Source: Bdellovibrionota bacterium
GTDB lineage: Bacteria; Bdellovibrionota_C; UBA2361; JBIKUX01
Direction of reading: 5' to 3'
NCBI GenBank assembly: GCA_044347345.1
Contig: JBIKUX010000006.1
Span: 32,001 to 96,000, forward strand
Length of the DNA: 64,000 nt
Shown here in pieces: positions 39,771-51,300 of this stretch (the stretch's first letter is position 1; each line of letters begins with the position of its first letter). Under the pieces are notes generated by a model. That model ran no database searches and was not told where the DNA came from. It saw nothing but the letters and a program-made list of their open reading frames with translations. A program made the position numbers and the translations under genes.

Positions 39771-41383
39771 TTATGACAATCCTTACTACATCGATTGATA
39801 TAAACTCCTCTCGCTTTAAAGAACAGTATTCAGAGATGGCAACACTAGTGTCGCACCACTCATCTCTCGTAAAGCGAGCGGCGTTAGGTGGAGGACGGGA
39901 AGCAGCCATTAGGCACGAACAGCGAGGGAAGTTATTGCCGAGAGATAGAATAGCGGCACTAATTGACAAGAACACTGAGTTTTTTGAGCTAAGTCCGCTT
40001 GCAGCACATAGCGTTTATGATGAAGAGGTTCCTGGTGCTGGAATAATCACCGGACTCGGTTGGATATCTGGGCATCTTTCGGTAATCGTAGCGAATGATC
40101 CAACGGTAAAAGGTGGTACTTACTTTCCCTTGACTGTTAAAAAACATATAAGAGCTCAAGAAATTGCCTTAGAAAATCATTTGCCGTGTGCATACTTAGT
40201 AGATTCTGGTGGCGCATACCTACCGCGACAAGATGAAGTTTTTCCGGATCGAGATCACTTTGGCCGCATATTCTACCTTCAGGCTAGAATGTCAGCGTTC
40301 AAAATTCCGCAACTTGCTATTGTACTTGGTTCCTGCACGGCTGGTGGTGCTTATGTGCCGGCAATGTCAGATGAAGCTATCATGGTAAAAGGAAATAGCA
40401 CTATATTTTTAGGTGGCCCACCTCTTGTGCGAGCTGCTACGGGAGAAAATATTGATGCTGAGTCATTAGGCGGAGCTGAAGTACACTGCACTGTGTCAGG
40501 AGTAGCCGATCATTTTGCTGATTGTGAGCAGGCGGCTTTTGATAAGGCAAGAGCAATTTTTGCTCGTTATCCGGGAGTAAATTCTGATAAATGTTATAGA
40601 TATAATTTTGCAAAGACTCCCAGATACAATCCTGAAGAAATATATGGAATTGTCCCACGAGACCTAAGAAAACAGTACGATGTAAGAGAGATTTTAGCTC
40701 GAATAGTTGATGATTCCTATTTTGATGAGTTTAAGGCTCGGTATGCACGTACCATTGTTTGTGGCTTTGCTGAAATTGGTGGACATCTCATCGGAATATT
40801 GGCAAACAATGGAATTTTATTTTCAGAATCAGCATTGAAGGGTGCACATTTTATTCAGTTGTGTTCTCAGCGTGATATACCGCTTCTTTTTTTACAAAAT
40901 ATAGTGGGATTTATGGTTGGCTCCAAGGCAGAGCACGAAGGTATTGCAAAACATGGAGCAAAACTTGTTGCTAATGTAGCTACTACACATGTTCCAAAAG
41001 TCACTGTACTGATTGGAGGAAGTTTTGGAGCGGGTAATTATGCAATGTGTGGAAGAGCCTATAATCCTCGTTTTTTATTTTCTTGGCCAAATTCTCGTAT
41101 ATCTGTGATGGGAGGTGAGCAAGCGGCAAGAGTGATGTCAATTATTCACGCTGAAAAGCATCATAGAAATGGTCAATTATGGACAGACGATGATGAGGTA
41201 TCGCTGACTGATCCGATTCGAGCTCAATATGAAATTCAAGGGAATCCTTTTTATGCTACTGCACGCCTTTGGGATGATGGTATTCTTGATCCTGCGAAAA
41301 CAAGAGATCATATTATACAAGCGTTCAATGCTACGCAGTTTGCACCACTTGAAAAGCCATTAAGTAGCGTACTTCGAATGTGA
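39767..41383 (+). CDS. liuB: 3-methylcrotonyl-CoA carboxylase, carboxyltransferase subunit
   Basis: [52 protein letters not shown]. Confidence 0.95.
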   Translation: MIMTILTTSIDINSSRFKEQYSEMATLVSHHSSLVKRAALGGGREAAIRHEQRGKLLPRDRIAALIDKNTEFFELSPLAAHSVYDEEVPGAGIITGLGWISGHLSVIVANDPTVKGGTYFPLTVKKHIRAQEIALENHLPCAYLVDSGGAYLPRQDEVFPDRDHFGRIFYLQARMSAFKIPQLAIVLGSCTAGGAYVPAMSDEAIMVKGNSTIFLGGPPLVRAATGENIDAESLGGAEVHCTVSGVADHFADCEQAAFDKARAIFARYPGVNSDKCYRYNFAKTPRYNPEEIYGIVPRDLRKQYDVREILARIVDDSYFDEFKARYARTIVCGFAEIGGHLIGILANNGILFSESALKGAHFIQLCSQRDIPLLFLQNIVGFMVGSKAEHEGIAKHGAKLVANVATTHVPKVTVLIGGSFGAGNYAMCGRAYNPRFLFSWPNSRISVMGGEQAARVMSIIHAEKHHRNGQLWTDDDEVSLTDPIRAQYEIQGNPFYATARLWDDGILDPAKTRDHIIQAFNATQFAPLEKPLSSVLRM

Positions 41384-41398
41384 AAAAGTAAGTTATAA

Positions 41399-42250
41399 AT
41401 GTCAAATACTTGCGATAAAATTCTACCATCACCGCTGCTAATAAATGAAAATCAGGAAAAGTCGATTGTATATATAACTCTAAATAGACCTGATGCTAGA
41501 AATGCTTTTACTCGCAAAATGTTGGATATTTTACACAGTTGGCTAGTAAATTTTCCAACGACGTATTCAAGACATCAATACCGAGCAGTAGTTCTTAGGG
41601 CTAATGGGGAGGATTTTTGTGCTGGTGCAGATCTTTCTTGGATGGCTTCAGCACAAGCAATGACTCCTGAAGAAAATGAAGCAGATGCTAGAGTGCTTGC
41701 TGAAGTTTTAAGTATGTTATCTAATTTACCCATTCCCACACTGGCTGAAGTAAAGGGAAGGGTAATCGGAGGCGGACTTGGTTTTGTAGCCGCTGTAGAT
41801 ATAGCTATTGCTACAGACAGCTTTCACGGTAAATTTAGCGAGTCCTTACTTGGATTAGTACCTGCCACAATAGCCCCATACATAGTACGAGCGATAGGTG
41901 ATCGTGCTACAAGGGCGCTTTTTTTAACAGCAAATAGTATAAATGCGAAAAAGGCAGTTGAATTTGGACTTCTTCATGAAGTAGTTTCAACGGATCAACT
42001 ATCCAACCGTTGTGATGAAATACTAAATGCTATTTGTGCATGCGCTCCTAAATCTCAAATGGCAATTAAGGAGCAACTTTCCTTTTTGAGGGAAGAGCTT
42101 CAAAAAAAGCCGTTTATCCATATCCAGCAAGACTCAATTTCTCGGTTAGCAAAGGTGAGAGTATCAGATGAAGCAGTAGAGGGTCTAAACGCTTTTATAG
42201 AAAAAAGAGATCCTGTTTGGCGCAAAAAGACAGATCAAATAAAGGCTTAG
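41399..42250 (+). CDS. liuC: Methylglutaconyl-CoA hydratase (enoyl-CoA hydratase family)
   Basis: LNRPDARNAF, FCAGADLSWM, GGGLG, SESLLGLVPATIAPY; operon context. Confidence 0.88.
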   Translation: MSNTCDKILPSPLLINENQEKSIVYITLNRPDARNAFTRKMLDILHSWLVNFPTTYSRHQYRAVVLRANGEDFCAGADLSWMASAQAMTPEENEADARVLAEVLSMLSNLPIPTLAEVKGRVIGGGLGFVAAVDIAIATDSFHGKFSESLLGLVPATIAPYIVRAIGDRATRALFLTANSINAKKAVEFGLLHEVVSTDQLSNRCDEILNAICACAPKSQMAIKEQLSFLREELQKKPFIHIQQDSISRLAKVRVSDEAVEGLNAFIEKRDPVWRKKTDQIKA

Positions 42251-42254
42251 TAAC

Positions 42255-43199
42255 ATGGCTAATCTAAAGCCTATAGATGGTGATGATAATCATGCTGTGA
42301 TAGTTGAAGTAGGCTTAAGAGATGGTTTACAAGCCATCAAGAAAATTTTAACTCCAGAACAGCGAGCAGAATTAATTTTATCTTTAATTGAGGCAGGTAT
42401 TCATCACATTGAAGTGGGGAGCTTTGTTTCGCCAAAAAAAGTACCACAACTTTCAGACACAGGAATTGTGGCAGAGTTAATTGGCATACAAGAGGGCATT
42501 ATTACCAGCGCGCTTATTCCAAATGAGCGAGGACTTTACGAAGCACTCCAAACATCAATAGACGAATATGCTGTTTTTATCGGTGCTACTGATGAATTTA
42601 CTCTCGGAAATATAGGAAAAACCGTTCAACAAGCGTTGGAGACATATCAAGAAATTATTAAGATAGCGTTCGCTCGAGGAAAAAAGGTCAGAGGCTATCT
42701 TTCATGTATTGTGCGATGTCCTTATTCTGGCGCGGTTAGTTCAATTCAAGTGGCACGATTAGTGGATAAGTTACTTGAAATAGGTTGTTACGAAGTTTCG
42801 CTTGGTGAGACATTAGGAGTTGCAACTCCAGCGGACATAGAAAAAGTGCTTCATAATTTGGGAAATATATCTCTAACAAAACATGTAGCCTTGCACCTTC
42901 ATAATACATTTGGTCAGGCATTAGCGAATATATTGAGGGGGCTTGATTTGGGAATAAGACGCTTTGATGCTGGAGTAGGAGGATTTGGCGGTTGTCCATT
43001 TGCGCCAGGTTCAGCTGGTAATTTGGCCACTGAAGATTTAGTTTATCTACTCAATGGTTTGGGTATAAAGACGGGAATAAACATCAATGCCCTTCCACAA
43101 ATTACTCGAAAAATTTCAACTCTTACTGGCGAGAGTGCGCACTCTCTAGTAAGCAAGGCACTTGAAAATCAGCTCTCATGTAAATCTGTATTTCCTTGA
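42255..43199 (+). CDS. liuE: Hydroxymethylglutaryl-CoA lyase
   Basis: EVGLRDGLQ, SFVSPKKVPQ, HLHNT, GGCPFAPGSAGNLATED. Confidence 0.95.
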   Translation: MANLKPIDGDDNHAVIVEVGLRDGLQAIKKILTPEQRAELILSLIEAGIHHIEVGSFVSPKKVPQLSDTGIVAELIGIQEGIITSALIPNERGLYEALQTSIDEYAVFIGATDEFTLGNIGKTVQQALETYQEIIKIAFARGKKVRGYLSCIVRCPYSGAVSSIQVARLVDKLLEIGCYEVSLGETLGVATPADIEKVLHNLGNISLTKHVALHLHNTFGQALANILRGLDLGIRRFDAGVGGFGGCPFAPGSAGNLATEDLVYLLNGLGIKTGININALPQITRKISTLTGESAHSLVSKALENQLSCKSVFP

Positions 43200-43214
43200 G
43201 GGAAAGGAAATACT

Positions 43215-45968
43215 ATGCAGCAAAATAAAATCTTATGGGAAGCATCGAAAGATAAAAAAACCAAATCGCAAGTATACAAGTTTATTGATACAGCTCGAAA
43301 GGATACCGGCCGAGATTTTTCAAACTATAAGGATTTGCACTTATGGTCTTGCAAATATCCCGAAGAGTTTTGGTCATTAGTGGCAAGATTTACAAAATTT
43401 TGTGAACAGCATCAAAATATACCTTATTCAAGCTCTGATAAATCATTTTGCTCTTCTCGTTTTGGTGATGGTGTAAATTTTAATTATGCTGAACGGGTAA
43501 TTTATCCTCCGTTCAAAACTGCTTCAGATACAGCTATAATTGAGGTAAATGAGAGTGGTGAGTGGAGCTCTTATTCTTTTGAGCAGTTGCGAACCTTAGT
43601 TTGTAGTATTAGTGATTGGTTCCATAATTTTGGAGTAGGTAAAAATGATCGTATCGCAGGAATAATCACTAATTGTGCTAATGGTGTATGCAGCTATTTA
43701 GCATCTGCTAAATTAGGAGCTATCTGGGCTTCGTGTTCACCAGAGTTTGGTGATTCTGCTATAATAGACCGCTTGCTAATGATTAATCCTGCAGTTCTAG
43801 TTGTATCCTTGTTTAGCGCTTATAACGGAAAAAAATATGACCATAGTGAGCGAATAGCTAGCCTGCTTAAAAAAATTAGCTCGATTAAATCTGTTTTGAT
43901 TATTGATCATGATATATCTGATGATACACTAAATAAATTTGCAGATAGTATTCCAAGTACAATAACGTGTGCGCACATTTCTCAAACTAAATGTGCTAAT
44001 AATAACCAGAAATTTGAACAATTTCCTTTTTCTCATCCTTTAACTCTATTATTTTCATCTGGCACGACTGGTAAACCTAAAGCCATACTGCATGGAGCAG
44101 GAGGGACATTACTTCAGCATCTCAAGGAGCATCAACTTCATTGTGAGTTTAATCATGATGCAATCGTTTGTTTTTATACCTCAACTGGTTGGATGATGTG
44201 GAATTGGTTAATTAGTTCTCTTGCATCTGGATCTTCAATTGTGCTTATAGATGGCTCACCGATGTTTCCATCCGTCAGTCGTCTTTGGAGACTAGTTGAT
44301 CAATTTAATATTACAGCTCTTGGTGTTAGCCCGAGATATTTAAGCACTGTTGAAAAAGAGAATGGATATAGCCCAATTAAAGAACATAAGTTAAGTAGTC
44401 TTTCTCTGTTACTGTCTACCGGCGCTCCATTACTCGGGACACAATTTGATTGGATTTATAATTCAGTAAAAAAGGATTTGATGGTGGCTTCTATTTCTGG
44501 AGGAAGTGACATCATTTCTTGCTTTGCATTAGGAAACATTCTTGCACCGGTCAGGCGTGGAGAAATTCAAGCAGCTGGACTCGGGATGGATATAGCAGCA
44601 TTTTCAGATGATGGAACAGAGTTAACTGATACCGTTGGAGAGTTAGTCTGCCGGACACCTTTCCCTTCAATGCCGGTTGGATTTTGGAATGATCCTAATA
44701 ACACTCTGTTTAATCAGACTTATTTTTCTCGTTATCCGAGCGTTTGGATGCATGGCGATAGAGTTATAATTTATGATCATGGCGGATTGGAAATTTTAGG
44801 CAGGTCTGACACCGTACTTAATCCAGGTGGTGTGCGAATTGGCACAGGTGAAATATACTCGGTCATCTCTAAGATACCGTGGATTACGGATGTAGTAGCA
44901 GCCCCATTAAAGAGACAAGGAGATGAAGATATTATTTTAATTGTATCATTAGCTTATAATGATAATTTGACTGAGGATAAGATAGAAGAAATTCGAAAAT
45001 TAATTCGTTCGGAGCTTTCACCACGTCATGTACCAAGGTTTATATTTTCTGTTTCTAGTCTTCCGCACACTATGAATGGTAAAATCTCAGAAGTAACAGT
45101 TAGAAAAATTTTGAATAATGAGGATATAAATAATACCACTTCTCTTGCTGACTCTTCAGTTTTGACTGAATTAGTAGCGATTAGAAAAATCATAATGACC
45201 GATGCAGATTATCAGGCTAGATGTGATCTCTCGATTGTTATACCTGCTTATAATGAAGAGAACAGGTTGCCTGCTACTGTACTAAGTTATCGAACTTGGT
45301 TACTACAAGAGCAGCAGACTTTAAATCGACTTGGTATTTCATCTATAGAAATAATTGTTGTAGATGATGGAAGTATTGATAGAACAGCAGAGGTAGTTGC
45401 ATCTTTTTCATCATCCTTTTTACCGGTGCGTTTTGTTAGACATTCAAGAAATCTTGGCAAGGGAGCAGCAGTTCGTACAGGTTCACTGCAAGCAATAGGT
45501 AAATTCATTCTTGTTGCAGATGCCGATGGATCTACTCCCATTGAAGAGTTAGAGCGATTATTAATTCATATGAATAGTGGACAAGCACAAATAGTTGTTG
45601 GCTCACGCGTTGTTACAAATAATAAAGTTAGGCGCCATATAAAATGGTATCGTCGTTTTCTGGGATGGCTCTTTAGAGGCCTAGTGCATAAGATAGCATT
45701 CGGAGATTTACAAAATATACATGTTGAAGATACTCAATGCGGTTTTAAGCTAATGACTTATGAAGTAGCACAGGCTATATTTACAAAAGCTACCATTGAT
45801 CGTTTTGCATGGGATGTCGAATTTTTACGGGTTGCTGCTCTGCAAGGGTGCACAATATTAGAGGTGCCAGTTTCATGGCATCATGTTACTGGCTCACGGA
45901 TCAATTTATTAACAGCACCTTTTTCTATGTTACTAGATCTTGTCAGAATTAGGCTAAGACATAGATAG
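43215..45968 (+). CDS. Acetoacetate-CoA ligase fused in-frame to a GT2 polyprenyl-phosphate glycosyltransferase
   Basis: Ligase motifs FSSGTTGKPK, TGWMMWNW, SISGGSDI, WMHGD, GRSDTVLNPGGVRIG; from aa ~661 GT2 motifs SIVIPAYNEE, VVDDGS, NLGKGAAV, ADADGST, DTQCGFK. Confidence 0.88.
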   Translation: MQQNKILWEASKDKKTKSQVYKFIDTARKDTGRDFSNYKDLHLWSCKYPEEFWSLVARFTKFCEQHQNIPYSSSDKSFCSSRFGDGVNFNYAERVIYPPFKTASDTAIIEVNESGEWSSYSFEQLRTLVCSISDWFHNFGVGKNDRIAGIITNCANGVCSYLASAKLGAIWASCSPEFGDSAIIDRLLMINPAVLVVSLFSAYNGKKYDHSERIASLLKKISSIKSVLIIDHDISDDTLNKFADSIPSTITCAHISQTKCANNNQKFEQFPFSHPLTLLFSSGTTGKPKAILHGAGGTLLQHLKEHQLHCEFNHDAIVCFYTSTGWMMWNWLISSLASGSSIVLIDGSPMFPSVSRLWRLVDQFNITALGVSPRYLSTVEKENGYSPIKEHKLSSLSLLLSTGAPLLGTQFDWIYNSVKKDLMVASISGGSDIISCFALGNILAPVRRGEIQAAGLGMDIAAFSDDGTELTDTVGELVCRTPFPSMPVGFWNDPNNTLFNQTYFSRYPSVWMHGDRVIIYDHGGLEILGRSDTVLNPGGVRIGTGEIYSVISKIPWITDVVAAPLKRQGDEDIILIVSLAYNDNLTEDKIEEIRKLIRSELSPRHVPRFIFSVSSLPHTMNGKISEVTVRKILNNEDINNTTSLADSSVLTELVAIRKIIMTDADYQARCDLSIVIPAYNEENRLPATVLSYRTWLLQEQQTLNRLGISSIEIIVVDDGSIDRTAEVVASFSSSFLPVRFVRHSRNLGKGAAVRTGSLQAIGKFILVADADGSTPIEELERLLIHMNSGQAQIVVGSRVVTNNKVRRHIKWYRRFLGWLFRGLVHKIAFGDLQNIHVEDTQCGFKLMTYEVAQAIFTKATIDRFAWDVEFLRVAALQGCTILEVPVSWHHVTGSRINLLTAPFSMLLDLVRIRLRHR

Positions 45969-46029
45969 TTGGGATATAATACGTGGCGACCGGCTAATAA
46001 TAATTAGATCATAATAAACAGACAAACCT

Positions 46030-48186
46030 TTAAGTGACTTTTTTTGGAGGTGCTGATGAGAACGCTCCATTTACTTCAGCTCGTGAAACTATACCAGACC
46101 ATGGTTGTACTAGCCCGTTAAAGGCTGCATTTACTTGATTAATAAGTTGTAAGAGAGATCTAGCACCTAGTTTATCTGCGTAGTATAACGGGCCTCCGCG
46201 GAAAGCTGGAAACCCAGCGCCCATTACCATGCCCAAGTCGATTTGGTTTGCAGCTTCGACGCTTGGTTGTCCGGCTACACCTTCGTCTAAACATCTTACT
46301 GCTTCATTCACGATAGCTGTTACTAAGCAGTCAGCGATTAATTCTCTGTGAACTCTCTGAGGACGAGAGTTAGATGCAATCGTTCTGACAAGTTCTGGCC
46401 ATATTATGTTTGTGGATGTTGAATAATTATAAAAGCCCTTGTTATTTTTTCTACCTAAGCGTCCAAATGAAACAAGTTCACGTGGACCAGCGGCAAGTTT
46501 CATGCGCTCACCGTATCCCTTTTCTAGAATCTCACCAACGTGAGTAACTACCTCTAGACCAACCTCATCGAGTACCCTAAAAGGACCCATTGGAAATCCA
46601 AATTTTATCGCAGCTTCCTCTATTTCAAGCGGCTCTATTCCAGCGAGCAAGAGTTTACAAGCTACTTGAAAGTATGGAAATAAGATGCGATTGACTAGAA
46701 ATCCTGGAACATCTTCCACAATAATTGGGAATTTCCCGAGCTTAACGGCGAGTGCAGCAGTTATTAGTAAGGAGCGATCAGTAGTAGCTTTGCTACGAAC
46801 AATCTCAACGAGAGGCATTTTTTCGACTGGATTAAAAAAGTGCATCCCAACCACTGAGCCTGGTGATGGCAGTGCAGAACTTAAACTGGTGATTGATAAA
46901 GACGAGGTATTTGATGCTATGAGAGCACCTTTATCGATTTTTGCCGATAATTCTTGTAAGACAGCAAGTTTTATTTCTACTTTTTCAGTGACAGCTTCAA
47001 TTAAAAGATTGCAATCACGTAGGCGGTCATCTCCAGTGCGCTGTAAAAAAAGCAAATCCAGTAACGCTCTTTTTTCAGCCGGAGTTAAGGATGAGCGCTT
47101 ATCTAAAGTTTTCTCAATATGAGATCTGGCTTTTTGGAGTGATAATTCATCTGAGTCTCTGAGCACTACCGGGATTTTTTGTTGTAGCAAGGTACTGGCA
47201 ATGCCTGCACCCATTGTTCCTGCTCCTACTACTAGAGCTCTTATATCACCTAGAGAGTCAATTAGTGACTTCCCGAGTTTTTTCGCTCCTTCAGAGAGAA
47301 GAAAGACATGGGTAAGAGATTTACTTTCTGGTGTTACTACCATCTCACCGAGAAGTTTTGCTTCATGTTCAAGACCCAAAGTTACGCCATACTTTAAACC
47401 ATAAAGAACAGCTTCTAACGCCTTTAGTGGAGCCGGCAGTTGACCCTTTGTTTGTTTGATTATTTGTTTTGTTGACATACGTTGAACAAGTGCTCGTCCC
47501 AGGTTGGTATATGTTAGGAGACGTTCTTGCATTGTTGGAGGTGGTCGTGGAGGCAAAGATAGTCCGGTTAGGATTTTCTCAGCGCGCTCTATAAGGCGAG
47601 GCACCGGAACTAATTCATCAATTAGTCCTAAGGTGAGAGCCTCTCTAGCGCGGATTTTTTTACCGGTTAGAATCAAAGAGAGAGCTTTCTGTATTCCTAT
47701 TAAGCGAGGGAGTCTTTGAGTACCTCCAAATCCAGGAATAATTCCAAGTAGAACCTCAGGTAGGCCAAGGATTGTAGTCGAGAGATCAGTACAGATGCGG
47801 TGATGGCATGCTAGAGCCAACTCGAGAGCTCCTCCGACGCACGGACCACTTATTGCAGCAAGTGATGGGAATGGAAGGCTTTCTATTTCGTTAAAGACCG
47901 ATTGACCCTGTTGAGCAAGAGACTTCCCTAAATTTGGGTCTACTATATCTCTTATTGCATTTATATCTGCTCCTACCGAAAACATTTGTTCACTTGGACC
48001 AGTTATAATCATGCCTTTTGGTTTAAGATCTCGAACCTGAGCTAGGGCACTGCGAAGAGCTTCTATTCGGTCTTTGGTAAGAATGACGGTTTGCTCTGAT
48101 ATTCCTCCGAGGCGCACTATGACGACTCCTGAAGATAGCTCTTCTACTCTTACTAACGGATGGTTACTAGACGCGGCGTGGTTCAT
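46030..48186 (-). CDS. fadJ: Fatty-acid oxidation multifunctional subunit (enoyl-CoA hydratase / 3-hydroxyacyl-CoA dehydrogenase)
   Basis: GGALELALAC, LPEVLLGIIPGFGGTQRLPR, VGAGTMG, ASNTSSL, GMHFFNP, GFLVNRIL. Confidence 0.92.
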   Translation of the reverse strand: MNHAASSNHPLVRVEELSSGVVIVRLGGISEQTVILTKDRIEALRSALAQVRDLKPKGMIITGPSEQMFSVGADINAIRDIVDPNLGKSLAQQGQSVFNEIESLPFPSLAAISGPCVGGALELALACHHRICTDLSTTILGLPEVLLGIIPGFGGTQRLPRLIGIQKALSLILTGKKIRAREALTLGLIDELVPVPRLIERAEKILTGLSLPPRPPPTMQERLLTYTNLGRALVQRMSTKQIIKQTKGQLPAPLKALEAVLYGLKYGVTLGLEHEAKLLGEMVVTPESKSLTHVFLLSEGAKKLGKSLIDSLGDIRALVVGAGTMGAGIASTLLQQKIPVVLRDSDELSLQKARSHIEKTLDKRSSLTPAEKRALLDLLFLQRTGDDRLRDCNLLIEAVTEKVEIKLAVLQELSAKIDKGALIASNTSSLSITSLSSALPSPGSVVGMHFFNPVEKMPLVEIVRSKATTDRSLLITAALAVKLGKFPIIVEDVPGFLVNRILFPYFQVACKLLLAGIEPLEIEEAAIKFGFPMGPFRVLDEVGLEVVTHVGEILEKGYGERMKLAAGPRELVSFGRLGRKNNKGFYNYSTSTNIIWPELVRTIASNSRPQRVHRELIADCLVTAIVNEAVRCLDEGVAGQPSVEAANQIDLGMVMGAGFPAFRGGPLYYADKLGARSLLQLINQVNAAFNGLVQPWSGIVSRAEVNGAFSSAPPKKVT

Positions 48187-48345
48187 AAAGCCTCAAAACA
48201 AATTGTCCGCGAAACTTATTGTGTTCTTAAAACACAGTACGAAAGACATAGACAATAAAAACTGCGACAAAAATTTTATCACCGCAAGGATTCTAACGTA
48301 TATCAGCGATTTAGTGCTATAGAATAAGTATAGATAAATCCACGT

Positions 48346-51300
48346 TTACTTGTTTACCTTAGAAAATATAAAACTTATTTTCCTTTCCGACTGGTTACTT
48401 AAGTTTACAATTATCTCACCTTTTTTGTTTTTTAGACTGTCTTCTGTCATTGAGTTTAAATTATGCTCCCTAACTTCTTTGATTGAGATAGAAGCCGCCA
48501 AAGTTTGTGCTGATATGTAATCAGAAAATTGTTTGATGATTTCACTGTCACGAGTGTCTTCAACAAATACCATCAAGTCTATTTTATCACTTATTATTAG
48601 GTTAGCGTCTTTTCTGGCTTGTTGGATGTGACGCACCAAATCGCGGGCAACCCCTTCCTTTTCGAGCTCGGGAGTTACGGAAACACTAAGTGCGATAATA
48701 AGTGAGTTATTGTCTTGACTGATGCTCGCTACACAAATCTGGTTTACATCTGATTTATCGCTTCCTTTAGGTACTAGGCGGATTGTGTATTCGCAAGGAT
48801 CTAATTTTATTCCGTTACAAATTACCTGACCATCATTGGTACGGTACCAATTGCCTGTTTTTGATGAGGCAATCAGATTCTTCATTTCATTACCTAATCT
48901 TGGACCGAGCACCCTTGAATTGAGCTGAAGCTGTTCTTCCGCGAAAGCGCTAAAACTCTCTTCTAATACAACTGACTTTACATTTAATTCCTCTGCAATT
49001 AGAGAAGTAAAAACGGCAAGTTGATCGGCGGACTTACCGGCAAGAATAACTTTTTCAAGAGGAAGGCGCGTGCGGAGTCCTTTTGATTCTCGAATAGAGA
49101 GTCCTGCTGAGCAAACCTCGCGAGTTAAATCCATTGCAGTGATAAGATTCTTATTATTAGGTAAGCTTGTTGCTAGAGGCCACGCCTCAAGATGTACGCT
49201 TTTTCTTCCCGTGAGAGTTCTATACAAATGCTCAGATAGGAGAGGCAATATTGGAGCTATTACTCGACATAAACCGATGAGTGTTAAAAAGAGAGTCTCA
49301 TAGGCTACCTGTTTTTTTTCACTGATGCCACTTTCCCAGAATCGTTCTCTTGAACGACGAATGTACCAATTAGTGAGTACATCAAGAAAATTTTTAATTT
49401 CTTCGCATGCCTTTGGGATATCGTAATTAGTAAGTGCTACATCGGTTTCTTCAATTAAAATCCGGAGTTTTGCTAATATATATTCATCAATTTGCGACAG
49501 AGAGTCGTTGTAATTTGGGGGTACTCTACCAGCTAATGTATCTTGTGCATGATCATGGTTAGCTGTAACTCTATCTGTGTTTGCATAGAGAGTAAAAAAG
49601 TAGGCTGCATTCCAAAGAGGATTTAGCACAGTTCGCACTATCTCGGCTATCCCTTTACCCTCGCGGTCAATAAGAAGGTCGCTACCCTTTATTATAGGGG
49701 ATGATATTAAAAACCAACGAAGTGCATCGGCTCCGAGTTTATCAAATACTTCATCTGGGCTCGGATAATTTCTTAGTCTTTTGCTGAGTTTCTTTCCTTC
49801 TTCGTCAAGAACTACGCCGTGACACATGCAGGTTTTAAAGGGAGGCTTATCAAATAAAGCAGTACCTAGAACCATGAGAGTGTAAAACCAGCCGCGTGTT
49901 TGAGCTACATACTCAACGATAAAGTCAGCAGGAAAGTGTTGCTCGAACCACTCTTTATTTTCGAAAGGATAATGCATTTGGGCAAACGGCATTGAGCCAG
50001 ATTCAAACCAGCAGTCAAATACCTCGGGGACCCGGCGCATCATGCTTTGGCCGGTTGGGTCATCGGGATTAGCGCGGATGAGCTGATCTATGGCGGGGCG
50101 ATGTAGATCGGTGATATGTGCACCAAAATCACGTTCAAGTTCTGCAATACTGCCATACACGTCTGTGCGCGGATAAGATAGATTATCACTTTTCCAAACA
50201 GGGAGTGGAGTTCCCCAAAATCTAGTTCGACTGATTGACCAGTCTCGGGCGTTTTCTAACCATTTACCAAATTGACCGTCTCTAATGTGGCTGGGTATCC
50301 AATTAATAGTTTGGTTAAGCTCAACCATTCGGTCTTTAAATTCAGATACTTTTACAAACCAAGAGCTTACTGCTTTGTAAATAAGAGGCGTATCGGTCCG
50401 CCAACAATGGGGATAGTTGTGGAGATATGTTTCATGCCGTACTACTTTGTTTTCGGCTTTTAAGTGTTTGATAATAAGTTTATTGGAATCAAAAACTTGA
50501 ATATTGTGATATGGACTTACTTCGGCGGTAAATCTTCCTTGGCTGTCGACTGGGCATATAATAGGTATTCCGTTGGCCTTGCAGAGGTCAAAATCATCTT
50601 CTCCAAATCCGGGTGCACAGTGCACGACGCCAGTTCCGTCAGTAGTGGTAACAAAATTACCAGACAAAATTGTAAAAGCCGGCTTTACATTGGCGAAAAA
50701 TGGAAATAGTGGTTCATACTTGCGATTAATGAGGTCTTTCCCGGTGATATTTCCGACATTTTTCCCCCCATCAAGCTCACTTTGATAGCGCTCGACACTG
50801 GCGTTGGCTAAAATAACGAATCTGTCTTTAAGACTGTAAATGGCGTAGTCTATATCCTCTCCGACAGCTAGTGCCAGATTAGATGGTAAAGTCCAAGGGG
50901 TCGTTGTCCAAGCGAGGATATCAAGGGGGCCAGGATCGTTTGGATTGGGGGTTAGGGTGAAGCGTACCGTGAGTGCCGGATCTTGACGCTGTCTGAAAGC
51001 GTTATCAAGGCGAGTTTCAAAATTTGAAAGAGGGCTTTCTACTGCCCAGGAGTAGGGCATGACTCTGTGGCCTTCTGTTACGAGACCCTTGCTCCACAAC
51101 CGCTTAAATGCCCAAAGAACGCTCTCCATGTAGGAGATGTCCATAGTTTTGTAATCGTTTTTGAAGTCTACCCAACGTGCCTGGCGAGTGACAAATGTCT
51201 CCCACTCTTTGGTGTAACGAAGAACAGAGTCTCGGCAGTGGGCGTTAAATTTATCTATGCCGAAGTCTATAATGGCTCGTTGTCCAGAAATTCCTAATTC

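Noticed and set aside
46685-47719. Antisense ORFs inside fadJ (and similar ones inside ileS, sctV, the ABC-F gene and the antiporter)
   Set aside because: Shadow frames of well-supported genes on the opposite strand
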